DNA from: Fidelibacterota bacterium
Lineage (GTDB): Bacteria > Fidelibacterota > Marinisomatia > Marinisomatales > JABMOV01
DNA: 16,705 nucleotides
NCBI GenBank assembly: GCA_046861395.1
Contig: JBHHUC010000049.1
Span: 1-16,705 of the forward strand
Direction: 5' to 3'
The notes beneath the pieces were generated by a model. The model saw only the letters and a program-made list of their open reading frames with translations. It was not told the DNA's origin and searched no databases. Below are positions 6,353 to 15,539 of this stretch, piece by piece (positions within the stretch are counted from its first letter, which is position 1; the number at the start of each line of letters is the position of its first letter). The translations under genes were made by a program, and so were the position numbers.

Positions 6353-8779
6353 ATGGCAGAAGCGATCGAATTGAATTTCTCAGAGAAGACGGCGGGTAAA
6401 AAAACCATTGACCCCATTGTACGCGATACAATTTTAGAAACAACCCAACCTCAGTTGGGCAGGGAATCCAAACCAGAAGAAAATCCCTACGATATTGATA
6501 CATATTATCATAACGACGATCTGGGTAAAGATGTTCTGAAAAATAAATATTTAGGTCCCGGCGAAACCTATCCTTCCGATGTCTGGGAACGGCAGGCCAG
6601 AGCCATGGCGTCCGTAGAGAAAACCAAAAAATTACGGGAAACCTGGCAACAGCGGTTTCTAAATCTCCTCACCGATTTCAGATTTGTTCCCGGTGGACGG
6701 ATCATGCATGGTGCCGGTCGGGATGACATTACCACAACACTGAACAATTGTTACGTCGTTGCCATTAAGAACGATTCCATCAAGGATATATACCAGACTA
6801 TCATCGATGAAGCTATGACCTATAAATATGGTGGTGGTTGCGGACATGATTTATCCCTTCTCCGCCCTTCCGGTGCGCCCATTAACGGCACTGGCGGCAA
6901 TTCATGTGGACCCACCGGTTTCATGAATCTGTTCAGTGAGAATACTAACACCATTGCCCAGCACGGCCGTCGCGGCGCCAACATGCAAACCCTGCGTATC
7001 GATCATCCCGATATTGAAAAATTCATCGAGATTAAGACCGGCAACAAAGATATGGTGAAATATTCCAATATCTCCGTCCTGTTGACGCATGAATTCATGG
7101 AGGCCGTGAAACATGATACCGAGTTTGAATTACGTTGGGGCGGCGAAGTCTATAGACGGTTAAAGGCCCGGGAATTGTGGAATAAAATTATTCGTCATGC
7201 CCATGAAAGCGCCGAACCGGGTCTACTGTTCTGGGATACGATGAAGGAATACCATAACGCCGAATACTGCAGTCCCCTGGTCTCAACCAATCCCTGTGCC
7301 GAGCAACCTCTTCCCGACGGTGGTTGCTGCAATCTGGGTGCCATCAATCTGGAACGGTTCGTGGATGACGATGGCAATTTCATGTTGGAGAAATTCAAGG
7401 AAACTGTTCAAGTCGCATCCCGCTTTCTGGACAATGTAATTGATTACAACATTGACCGGCACGCACTGGAGATCCAGAAGGAGAACGCCAGGAATGACCG
7501 TCGTATCGGTCTGGGTATCCTGGGTCTGGGTGATATGTTGGTAAAAATGAAAATCCGGTATGATTCCGATGATGCTCTGCAAACCGTAGATCAGGTCATG
7601 CAGATTTTTCGGGATTCTGCATACGAAGCCAGCATTGATCTGGCTGTGGAAAAGGGAGCCTTCCCCAACTTTGACTGGTCCGGTTATTCCAAGAGCAAGT
7701 TTGTGAAAAACCTGCCCAAGCGGCTCAGAGATATGATCAAAGCATCTGGAATCCGGAATGCTACCTGTACCACCGTGGCACCAACAGGCAGCGGCGCTAT
7801 CGTGGCCCGGGTTACCTCAGGAATTGAACCGATCTTTGCCACATCCTACAAACGAAAAGTGAAGAAAAATGATGGTTACGGGAAAGAATTTGATGAATAC
7901 AAAGTATATCACCCCATCATTGAAAAATTATTCGGTAGTGATGAAGATTTGCCGGATTATGTTGTCACAGCCCATGAAATCGACCCCTATTTCCGCGTGA
8001 AAATGCAGGGTGTCATCCAGAAATACATCGATAGTTCTATTTCTTCGACGGTAAACCTGAAGGAAGATGTATCATTGGATACCGTAGCGGATATCTACAT
8101 GACAGCCTATGAAGCCGGATTGAAAGGTATTACCGTTTACCGGGAAGGAAGCCGGGAAGGAATCCTGCTGACCGAAAAGAAGGAAGCAAAGCCGGAGGTC
8201 AAGATCGATGCCACCGTCCCGGCACCGGCCAGCGTAACCTCAGCTCAGCCCAGGATCCGTCCTGTTGTCACATCCGGTATTACGCGACGCATACGCACCG
8301 GCGAAGGCACATTATATATTACCATCAACCAGGATGACAATGGATTGTGCGAAGTATTTACCGCCATCGGTAAAGCCGGCGGCAACGCGGCCGCCCAATC
8401 GGAAGCCATCAGCCGCCTTATTTCCCTGGCTCTGCGCTCAGGGATCGATCCCCAGGCCATCATCAAACAATTAATCGGCATCAGTGGTCCCAGTCCCACC
8501 TGGGAAGACGGCCGTTTAATCTTGTCCACACCCGATGCCATTGGAAAAGCACTGGACGATTATCTAAAAAACATGAACCGTGAAGGCGAAGCAGATAACT
8601 CAGATCAATTCCCCTCTTCCACCCAATTCACGATGGCAGATGAAGCCGAATCGCGGTCCACTTCGGTTGAGGATTACACTTACCGGAATATTACAACCTG
8701 TCCTGATTGCGGTAGTGCGGTTCAACACCAGTCGGGATGTGTCACCTGTCCCAGTTGTGGTTTTTCAAAATGTGAATAA
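6353..8779 (+). CDS. nrdJ: Class II adenosylcobalamin-dependent ribonucleotide reductase with C-terminal TSCPD-like domain and Zn-ribbon
   Basis: FVPGGRI, NNCYV, GGGCGHDLS.LRP, GRRGANM, HPDI, TNPCAEQPL (thiyl-radical Cys), CNLGAINL, RRIGLG, APTGS, SGIEP, ISSTVN and GLKGITVYREGSR. C-terminal LISLALRSG...STPDAI and CPDC...CVTCPSCGFSKC. No beta-subunit gene is adjacent, there is no recognisable ATP cone and there is no intein. Confidence 0.93.
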   Translation: MAEAIELNFSEKTAGKKTIDPIVRDTILETTQPQLGRESKPEENPYDIDTYYHNDDLGKDVLKNKYLGPGETYPSDVWERQARAMASVEKTKKLRETWQQRFLNLLTDFRFVPGGRIMHGAGRDDITTTLNNCYVVAIKNDSIKDIYQTIIDEAMTYKYGGGCGHDLSLLRPSGAPINGTGGNSCGPTGFMNLFSENTNTIAQHGRRGANMQTLRIDHPDIEKFIEIKTGNKDMVKYSNISVLLTHEFMEAVKHDTEFELRWGGEVYRRLKARELWNKIIRHAHESAEPGLLFWDTMKEYHNAEYCSPLVSTNPCAEQPLPDGGCCNLGAINLERFVDDDGNFMLEKFKETVQVASRFLDNVIDYNIDRHALEIQKENARNDRRIGLGILGLGDMLVKMKIRYDSDDALQTVDQVMQIFRDSAYEASIDLAVEKGAFPNFDWSGYSKSKFVKNLPKRLRDMIKASGIRNATCTTVAPTGSGAIVARVTSGIEPIFATSYKRKVKKNDGYGKEFDEYKVYHPIIEKLFGSDEDLPDYVVTAHEIDPYFRVKMQGVIQKYIDSSISSTVNLKEDVSLDTVADIYMTAYEAGLKGITVYREGSREGILLTEKKEAKPEVKIDATVPAPASVTSAQPRIRPVVTSGITRRIRTGEGTLYITINQDDNGLCEVFTAIGKAGGNAAAQSEAISRLISLALRSGIDPQAIIKQLIGISGPSPTWEDGRLILSTPDAIGKALDDYLKNMNREGEADNSDQFPSSTQFTMADEAESRSTSVEDYTYRNITTCPDCGSAVQHQSGCVTCPSCGFSKCE

Positions 8780-8794
8780 ATTCGACTCTGGTAA

Positions 8795-8832
8795 ATAATA
8801 AAAAAGCCCACAATTGCGGGCTTTTTTATTAT
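8795..8832. terminator. Bidirectional intrinsic terminator between convergent nrdJ and frr
   Basis: ATAATAAAAAAGCCC-ACAATTGC-GGGCTTTTTTATTAT: a 15-bp perfect inverted repeat with a U-tract on both strands. Confidence 0.9.
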
Positions 8833-8849
8833 AGCAGAATTTTTAGGCT

Positions 8850-9407
8850 TCAGACTTCCATGATTTCATTTTCCTTATCCGTCTGGATCTGAGCAAACCG
8901 TTCAATGTGGTCATCCGTCATCTTCTGGATTTCATCTTCGGCTCGTTTGATTTCATCCTCGGAAATGTTTTCCTCTTTCTGATATTCTTTCAAAGAATGA
9001 TTGGCATCCCGGCGCACATTGCGCACTGCGACCCGGCCGTCTTCGATCAGATTATGAACGACTTTAATCAAATCCCTTCGTCGTTCTTCACTGAGAGCCG
9101 GAATCGGCAATAATATTACCTGTCCGTTATTATTAGGCGTCAGTCCCAGATTATTATTGATAATGGCCCGTTCAATATCATTTAAAATTGTTTTTTCCCA
9201 GGGCTGAATGGTGATTAAACGCGGTTCAGGGACCGAAATATTCGCCAATTGATTCAACGGAGTTGGTGTGCCGTAATAATCAATCATTATACCGTTCAAT
9301 AAATCGGGGTTAGCCCGTCCCGTACGAATTTTATTCAATTCCATGATCGTATGGGTAATGGCCTGGTCCATCCGGTGCTGGGCGTCATTTTTTATCTCGT
9401 TAATCAT
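8850..9407 (-). CDS. frr: Ribosome recycling factor
   Basis: IRTGRANP, DYYGTPTPLNQLANISVPE, LGLTPNNNG, LSEERR, VRNVRRDAN and KENEIMEV. 185 aa, directly downstream of pyrH. Confidence 0.98.
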   Translation of the reverse strand: MINEIKNDAQHRMDQAITHTIMELNKIRTGRANPDLLNGIMIDYYGTPTPLNQLANISVPEPRLITIQPWEKTILNDIERAIINNNLGLTPNNNGQVILLPIPALSEERRRDLIKVVHNLIEDGRVAVRNVRRDANHSLKEYQKEENISEDEIKRAEDEIQKMTDDHIERFAQIQTDKENEIMEV

Positions 9408-9412
9408 GATCT

Positions 9413-10144
<732 letters not shown>

Positions 10145-10744
10145 TTAAAATTCTTCGCCGACAGCAAAGCGTACGAAACGGTTGACCTGAATATTTTCTC
10201 CCAGGGATGCCACCGTATCGGTTAACAAATCATTGACTTTTTTATCAGAATCCTTGATATAGACTTGTTCCAGCAAACAGTTTTCTTCAAAGAATTTATT
10301 CATTTTCCCTTCGACAATTTTCTCCAGGATGTGGTCCGGCTTGCCGGAACCGGCAGCCTGTTCCTTATATATGTTTCTCTCCTTTTCCACAATATCCGCC
10401 GGAACATCTTCCCGACGAATGGCCAGCGGATTGGTAGCTGCAATCTGCATGGCAATATTGTGAGCCAGTTCCTTGAATCCTTCGGTGGCGGCAACGAAAT
10501 CCGTTTCACAACCGATATCCAGGAGAACACCCAGACGGCCGCCGTGGTGTATATAGGAATAAATCAGACCTTCGGTGGCTGAACGTGCGCTTTTCTTTTC
10601 AGCTTTGGCGATGCCAGATTTTCGCAAATTTTCCAGCGCTTTCTCAATATTGCCGTCTGATTCCACCAATGCTTTTTTACAATCCATCATTCCAGCTCCG
10701 GTTTTATCCCTGAGCTGCTTTACCATTTTTGCATCAATACTCAT
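10145..10744 (-). CDS. tsf: Elongation factor Ts (short form, 199 aa)
   Basis: [36 protein letters not shown] and [16 protein letters not shown] overlap with the rpsB stop. Confidence 0.98.
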   Translation of the reverse strand: MSIDAKMVKQLRDKTGAGMMDCKKALVESDGNIEKALENLRKSGIAKAEKKSARSATEGLIYSYIHHGGRLGVLLDIGCETDFVAATEGFKELAHNIAMQIAATNPLAIRREDVPADIVEKERNIYKEQAAGSGKPDHILEKIVEGKMNKFFEENCLLEQVYIKDSDKKVNDLLTDTVASLGENIQVNRFVRFAVGEEF

Positions 10745-11619
10745 GATTCGTTTTCCGCAGGTTTGGTTTCTTTTTTCTCCGGTTCTTTTGCTTCATTCGG
10801 CTCGCTGGCAGGTTTGCTATCCGTTTTTTCAGCGCTCACCGATTCCACTTTTTCTTCTACGACTGGTTCGTCATCTTTGGCAGGCACTTCGCTTTCCGCC
10901 ATCTTTTTGTTATCCTGCTCATCCTTGGCGGAAGGTACATCTTCCTTCTGTAGACTGATAATGGCATCGGCGATGGCCGACACAATCAATTGAATCGTGC
11001 GGATGGAATCATCGTTGGCAGGGATGGGATAATCAATGGGTTCCGGATCGGTGTTGGAATCGACAATGGCCACAATCGGTATACCCAGACGAACGGCTTC
11101 AGCTACGGCTGTGCTTTCGTAATCGGCATCGATGATCACTACCACATCCGGCAAACGACGCATATCCTTGATACCCCGGTGCTGATCGGACAGTTTGATC
11201 CTTTCCCGGTCCAACATTTGGACTTCCTTTTTCGTCATATTTTCGTAGAGTGACGATCCTTCTTTTTCCAGCATCTTGAGCCGTTTAATGCTCTTTTTGA
11301 TGGTGGCAAAGTTGGTCAGGGTACCACCCAGCCAGCGTTCCACGACATAAAACATACCGCAACGGTCCGCTTCCTGCTGAACAATGTCACGGGCCTGCTT
11401 TTTAGTACCAACGAACAGGACTTCACCCCGTTTTTCCACCGTCTTAACAATGAAATCGATGGCCCGTTCCAACTGACGCATCGTTTCATCCAAATTAATG
11501 ATATGCACCCCATTTTTTTCCATCAGAATATATTTCTTGTAGTTGGGATGCCATTTGCGGGTCACATGGCCGAAATGCGCGCCGGTGCCCAAGAGGTTTT
11601 CAAATGTAATTTGAGCCAT
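10741..11619 (-). CDS. rpsB: 30S ribosomal protein S2 with a low-complexity acidic/Lys C-terminal tail
   Basis: [32 protein letters not shown] and IPANDDSIR. Confidence 0.98.
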   Translation of the reverse strand: MAQITFENLLGTGAHFGHVTRKWHPNYKKYILMEKNGVHIINLDETMRQLERAIDFIVKTVEKRGEVLFVGTKKQARDIVQQEADRCGMFYVVERWLGGTLTNFATIKKSIKRLKMLEKEGSSLYENMTKKEVQMLDRERIKLSDQHRGIKDMRRLPDVVVIIDADYESTAVAEAVRLGIPIVAIVDSNTDPEPIDYPIPANDDSIRTIQLIVSAIADAIISLQKEDVPSAKDEQDNKKMAESEVPAKDDEPVVEEKVESVSAEKTDSKPASEPNEAKEPEKKETKPAENES

Positions 11620-11622
11620 AAT

Positions 11623-12015
11623 TTACCGTTTCGAGAATTGGAAGCGTTTACGTGCACCGGGCTGACCGTATTTCTTTCGCTCAACTTTCCGTGCATCACG
11701 GGTTAAGAATCCGGCACTTTTCAGCTCGGCCCGGAAATCATCATTCACATTCAATAAAGCACGAGCAATGCCCAGACGGATGGCGCCGGCTTGACCGGTC
11801 AATCCACCGCCTTTTACATTGACCTTAATGTCATAATCCTCCAAAACATTCAGGAGTTCGAGCGGTTGCCGAACGACGGTTCCGAGAGTTGCACGACATA
11901 AATAGTCATCATATTTCCGGTTATTGATCAGGATTTCTCCTTTGCCCGGCTTGAGATACACACGGGCTACGGAGCGTTTACGCCGACCGGTGCCCTGATA
12001 ATACGTTTCTGCCAT
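11623..12015 (-). CDS. rpsI: 30S ribosomal protein S9
   Basis: [31 protein letters not shown] and [14 protein letters not shown]...QFSKR. TAATG overlap with the rplM stop. Confidence 0.98.
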   Translation of the reverse strand: MAETYYQGTGRRKRSVARVYLKPGKGEILINNRKYDDYLCRATLGTVVRQPLELLNVLEDYDIKVNVKGGGLTGQAGAIRLGIARALLNVNDDFRAELKSAGFLTRDARKVERKKYGQPGARKRFQFSKR

Positions 12016-12443
12016 TATATATCCAGTACTTTTGGTTCTTGCGCAGCATGCGGGTGGCGGGGTCCGGCATACACTTTCAGATGGGTGAAGATTTTACGTC
12101 CCAACCGATTATGTGGTAACATGCCTTTCACGGCATATTCCAGGATCCGTTCCGGATGCTTGCGTTGCAGTTCTTTATATTGGGTTAGTGATTCACCACC
12201 GGGATAGTTGGAATGACGGAAATAATATTTCTTCGTTTCTTTATTTCCGGTAACGCGGATTTTTTCCGCATTAATGATGATGACGCCGTCCCCCATATCC
12301 AGGTGCGGTGAAAAGGTAGGTTTATGCTTGCCCCGTAATATTTTGGCAACTTCACTGGCAAAGCGGCCCAGGGTCTTACCCTCGGCATCCGCAACCCACC
12401 AGGTGCGGGTTATTTCTGATTCTTTGATGGCTTTTGTTTTCAT
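12015..12443 (-). CDS. rplM: 50S ribosomal protein L13
   Basis: [30 protein letters not shown] and [12 protein letters not shown]. The start is corrected to ATG 12443 (MKTKAIK, 142 aa), which has a GGAGA RBS at 12446-12450. Confidence 0.97.
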   Translation of the reverse strand: MKTKAIKESEITRTWWVADAEGKTLGRFASEVAKILRGKHKPTFSPHLDMGDGVIIINAEKIRVTGNKETKKYYFRHSNYPGGESLTQYKELQRKHPERILEYAVKGMLPHNRLGRKIFTHLKVYAGPRHPHAAQEPKVLDI

Positions 12444-12466
12444 AATCTCCACTTCGAAAATAGCCA

Positions 12467-12500
12467 CGAAAATTAGGCTCAGATTTTCCCAGATCAAAGA
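12467..12500 (-). promoter_or_regulatory. Putative promoter of the rplM-rpsI-rpsB-tsf-pyrH-frr operon
   Basis: The minus strand reads TCTTTGA-N18-TAATTTTCGTGGC, closely matching the divergent tRNA promoter (TCTTTGA-N19-TAACTTTGCGGGC). Confidence 0.5.
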
Positions 12501-12743
12501 CTAATTGCGGGTCTAAATTACTGTAATTCGATCCATTGCTACCGGTGAAAAGATTCAGCAGCCTAAACCATGACGATTCTCATTCAGCACCTATGGCATT
12601 ATGGATATTTCCACTGCTAATTGCCAAGCTAGAAGAGATCGCATTTATCAATTCCAAATTTATTCACCTTGTGTTGATAATTATTATATTGGTGTTCATC
12701 ATTTCAATAAACTGAAATAAAATATTTCATACGGCAATTTTGA

Positions 12744-12782
12744 TCTTTGACTGAAACCATCCGGCGAATTAACTTTGCGGGC
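12744..12782 (+). promoter_or_regulatory. Putative tRNA promoter with GC-rich discriminator
   Basis: TTGACT (12747-12752), 17 bp, TAACTT (12770-12775). It also reads as TTTG (12746-12749), 20 bp, TAACTTTG (12770-12777), followed by GC-rich CGGGC. Confidence 0.6.
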
Positions 12783-12869
12783 TGTTTTTTGAGAAGAACA
12801 TTTTCAATTGAATACGGACTTCTGGTTTTGCAGCGGTTCGTGATAAAACAAGTTTTTTACAAAAGAGAT

Positions 12870-12943
<74 letters not shown>

Positions 12944-12946
12944 CAG

Positions 12947-12982
12947 AAAGCCCCTCATGATAAACATCATGAGGGGCTTTTT
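12947..12982 (+). terminator. Intrinsic terminator after the tRNA (may also terminate the convergent minus-strand gene)
   Basis: AAAGCCCCTCATGAT-AAAC-ATCATGAGGGGCTTT-TT: a 15-bp perfect stem followed by a T-run. Confidence 0.88.
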
Positions 12983-13029
12983 AGTATCATTTAGATCCGG
13001 GTAAGAAATGGCTTGCCGGACCAAGTAAA

Positions 13030-15453
13030 TTACTTCAACAAAACCATTTTTATGGTCTGTGAAAAGCGTTCCGCCGTGATTCGGGCGAAATACATCCCGG
13101 CGGGAACGTCATTGCCGAAACGATCCTTGCCATTCCATTTGATATCATGATTCCCGGCCGGCAGAACGTCCCGTACCAGCACCGCCATTTCCCGGCCCTG
13201 CATATCATAGACTGACAGTGTAACATGGGATTGTTGCGGTAAACTGTAGGCAATCGTTGTTATCGGATTGAAGGGATTGGGATAGTTCTGAGCCAGGTGA
13301 TAAGCCGTGGCTATTTCCGGACCATCGTCTTCCGTTTCCACCTGAGGCATATCCGTATTCACGACAACTTCAATATCATTCACAAACCATCCGAAACTCT
13401 GCACCGTGCTGTCGGACGTACGCATGAGGCGCAGATAGATGGGATCGTTCAGAAGACTGTCCAGGGAAATATAAATTTCTTCAATGACCCACATCCCGGT
13501 GGCCGTAGCTTTGGTCTCCCAGTTCTGACCGTCAGTGGATAGCTGAAAATAACCGAAATCATGATCATCTTCCAGAGCAGACAATGAGGTGAAATGAATA
13601 TAGGCCTGATCAAATACGGACAGATCCAGTGGTACCGTCAAACTGGCCCAGGACGTGTCATTGGGCGGATATTGGCTCTGGGGACTGTCATTCAGACATT
13701 TTTCCACATCGGCATTGACATATTGAATTCCCCAGGTCCCAAGATCCCAGTTATCCAGCATTTCGCCCTCGAAATCTCCGGCGATGAAGATATTGGTAAT
13801 GGAAAACGAATATTCTTCCGATAGCGTTTCATTGTGATTGGAGGAAGCATCAATGACCCGAGCCGTGTACCGAATGATATCACCCGTATAAAGACCGTCC
13901 CAGTTCAGATGGGCAACATATCCGTCCTGACTTGTATCGTAGCCAGCCACGACTGAATTATTCCCCATCCCGTTGATGGTCCACTGAACAAAAACCGAAT
14001 CAACACCAACATTATCGCTGGCCTGAACCAGAATTTCCCGACTGCCGGAGGGATAAATATCATCCTCAGCCTGGGAAACTGACGCAATCACAGGTAGAAC
14101 ATGGTCCGGCCCGGCATAGAATGAGAATGATGAATTGGGAGCTCCGTACGGTTCAGTAATAACTGAGCCATCTATTGTGGAAATGGAGAAATAGTAATTT
14201 ATCATTCCGGAATCAATTGCGGCTGGTATGAAACCGGTATAATCGTTGCCCGTCCCAGTGGCACTCAGGACGCTGGTATCGGAAAAGGTTCCATTCAGTC
14301 CCGAGATGACTCTGATGGTCGAATAATCCAAGGGATAGTCAGGAGCTTCGTTCACGGTAACAGTGACGGGATAGGGATTATTCAAATCTTCCGTGTCTGG
14401 TAAATAGTCTGTCAGCATGATACTGCCCATATCGGGATAGGCCAGAATTGCCAGTCCGAATTCTGAAAATGTTGAATATATCATCCCTGAATTGGTATAG
14501 GGAAAGGTTCCCCAATTCCCGTTATACAGTCCGGTCGAACCGGGATAACCATCGAAATATCCTACTTCCACTGGATTGGTCGGATCGGAGATATCCACAA
14601 CCCGCGTCCCAAAGACATAATACGACGCGTAAAGCAGATCACCTTTGATGAATACATTATGCACTGATTTATGCTGTCCCACCTGATAGCTGCTAACCAG
14701 GTTGATATTGTTATAATCCGCTGCATCCCAGATATTCACGTATCCGCTTTCCTTTTCATCGGCAGTATAAATGTATCGGGAGTTCTCCCCTACCCAGACC
14801 TGATGACAACCGTAATTGCTGTATTGGTGAACTTTCATTGTAACTGGATTCGATTTATTCGATACATCGACAATGTAAAGAATCCCGTTATAGATGCCGC
14901 TGGCGTAAAGTGTATCATTTTTCACGTATCCATCATGGATATAGTCGACTTCCCAGGATCCCACTTCAACCGGATCTTCAGGATCGGCCAAATCCAGAAT
15001 GCGAACACCGCCGGCGGAATTATTGGCCCCAAAGATATAGGCATAACCATCAGTGATATAGATATTATGGGCCGTGGTAAAGGTTGCCGTATAATTCCCG
15101 ACAAAAACAGGGTTGTCCGGATCGGCTAGATCGATAATATGCATCCCCTCACCCGACTCATTCACGACATAGCAATAATGTTCATGTGTTTTCAGATCGC
15201 GCCAGATGGATCCCGGTCCCGGAATCCAGCCTGTCAGAACGGGATCGGCCGGATTTGCTGTAACATTGATGATGGCCGTAGCGTCCCAGGCTCCGACCAA
15301 GGCATATTCATTCCCATTCGGTGCATTGTAACCCCAGATATCGCTGGCATATCCTGTGTCGAAATATCCCACCGCCCGCATATTGTATGATTCAATGTCC
15401 TGGGCCAGTACCGGGATGGTCAGGAGCAGGATCAGGTGTAAAAAGCGTTTCAT
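13030..15453 (-). CDS. Secreted choice-of-anchor-B family protein (LVIVD repeat propeller) with two Ig-like domains, a MAM/jelly-roll-like domain and a FlgD-Ig/T9SS type A C-terminal sorting domain
   Basis: Signal peptide MKRFLHLILLLTIPVLA|Q. SDIWGY...EYALVG and WRDLKT, LVIVD-like repeats (MHIIDLADPDNPVFVG, VRILDLADPEDPVEVG, LYIVDVSNKSNP, TRVVDISDPTNPVEVG), conserved His residues (AHN, IHD, CHQ, VHN) and GNWGTFPY. Tail LAQNYPNPFNPITTIAYSLP...GMYFARI...KMVLLK. Confidence 0.85.
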   Translation of the reverse strand: MKRFLHLILLLTIPVLAQDIESYNMRAVGYFDTGYASDIWGYNAPNGNEYALVGAWDATAIINVTANPADPVLTGWIPGPGSIWRDLKTHEHYCYVVNESGEGMHIIDLADPDNPVFVGNYTATFTTAHNIYITDGYAYIFGANNSAGGVRILDLADPEDPVEVGSWEVDYIHDGYVKNDTLYASGIYNGILYIVDVSNKSNPVTMKVHQYSNYGCHQVWVGENSRYIYTADEKESGYVNIWDAADYNNINLVSSYQVGQHKSVHNVFIKGDLLYASYYVFGTRVVDISDPTNPVEVGYFDGYPGSTGLYNGNWGTFPYTNSGMIYSTFSEFGLAILAYPDMGSIMLTDYLPDTEDLNNPYPVTVTVNEAPDYPLDYSTIRVISGLNGTFSDTSVLSATGTGNDYTGFIPAAIDSGMINYYFSISTIDGSVITEPYGAPNSSFSFYAGPDHVLPVIASVSQAEDDIYPSGSREILVQASDNVGVDSVFVQWTINGMGNNSVVAGYDTSQDGYVAHLNWDGLYTGDIIRYTARVIDASSNHNETLSEEYSFSITNIFIAGDFEGEMLDNWDLGTWGIQYVNADVEKCLNDSPQSQYPPNDTSWASLTVPLDLSVFDQAYIHFTSLSALEDDHDFGYFQLSTDGQNWETKATATGMWVIEEIYISLDSLLNDPIYLRLMRTSDSTVQSFGWFVNDIEVVVNTDMPQVETEDDGPEIATAYHLAQNYPNPFNPITTIAYSLPQQSHVTLSVYDMQGREMAVLVRDVLPAGNHDIKWNGKDRFGNDVPAGMYFARITAERFSQTIKMVLLK

Positions 15454-15539
15454 AATTGTCCTATTGATTGTGAGTTCCCCTGAGAAAGTTAGTAAATAAT
15501 CAGCACGTGTCTTGTGCTCTGGTTGTCAAGTGCATGACA

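Noticed and set aside
12444..12497. N-terminal extension of L13 given by the ORF track
   Set aside because: It overlaps the RBS and predicted promoter; the canonical-length protein starts at 12443.
12570..12620. 16-aa His/aromatic-rich mini-ORF MTILIQHLWHYGYFHC as a leader peptide
   Set aside because: There is no downstream biosynthetic operon or attenuator structure and no RBS.
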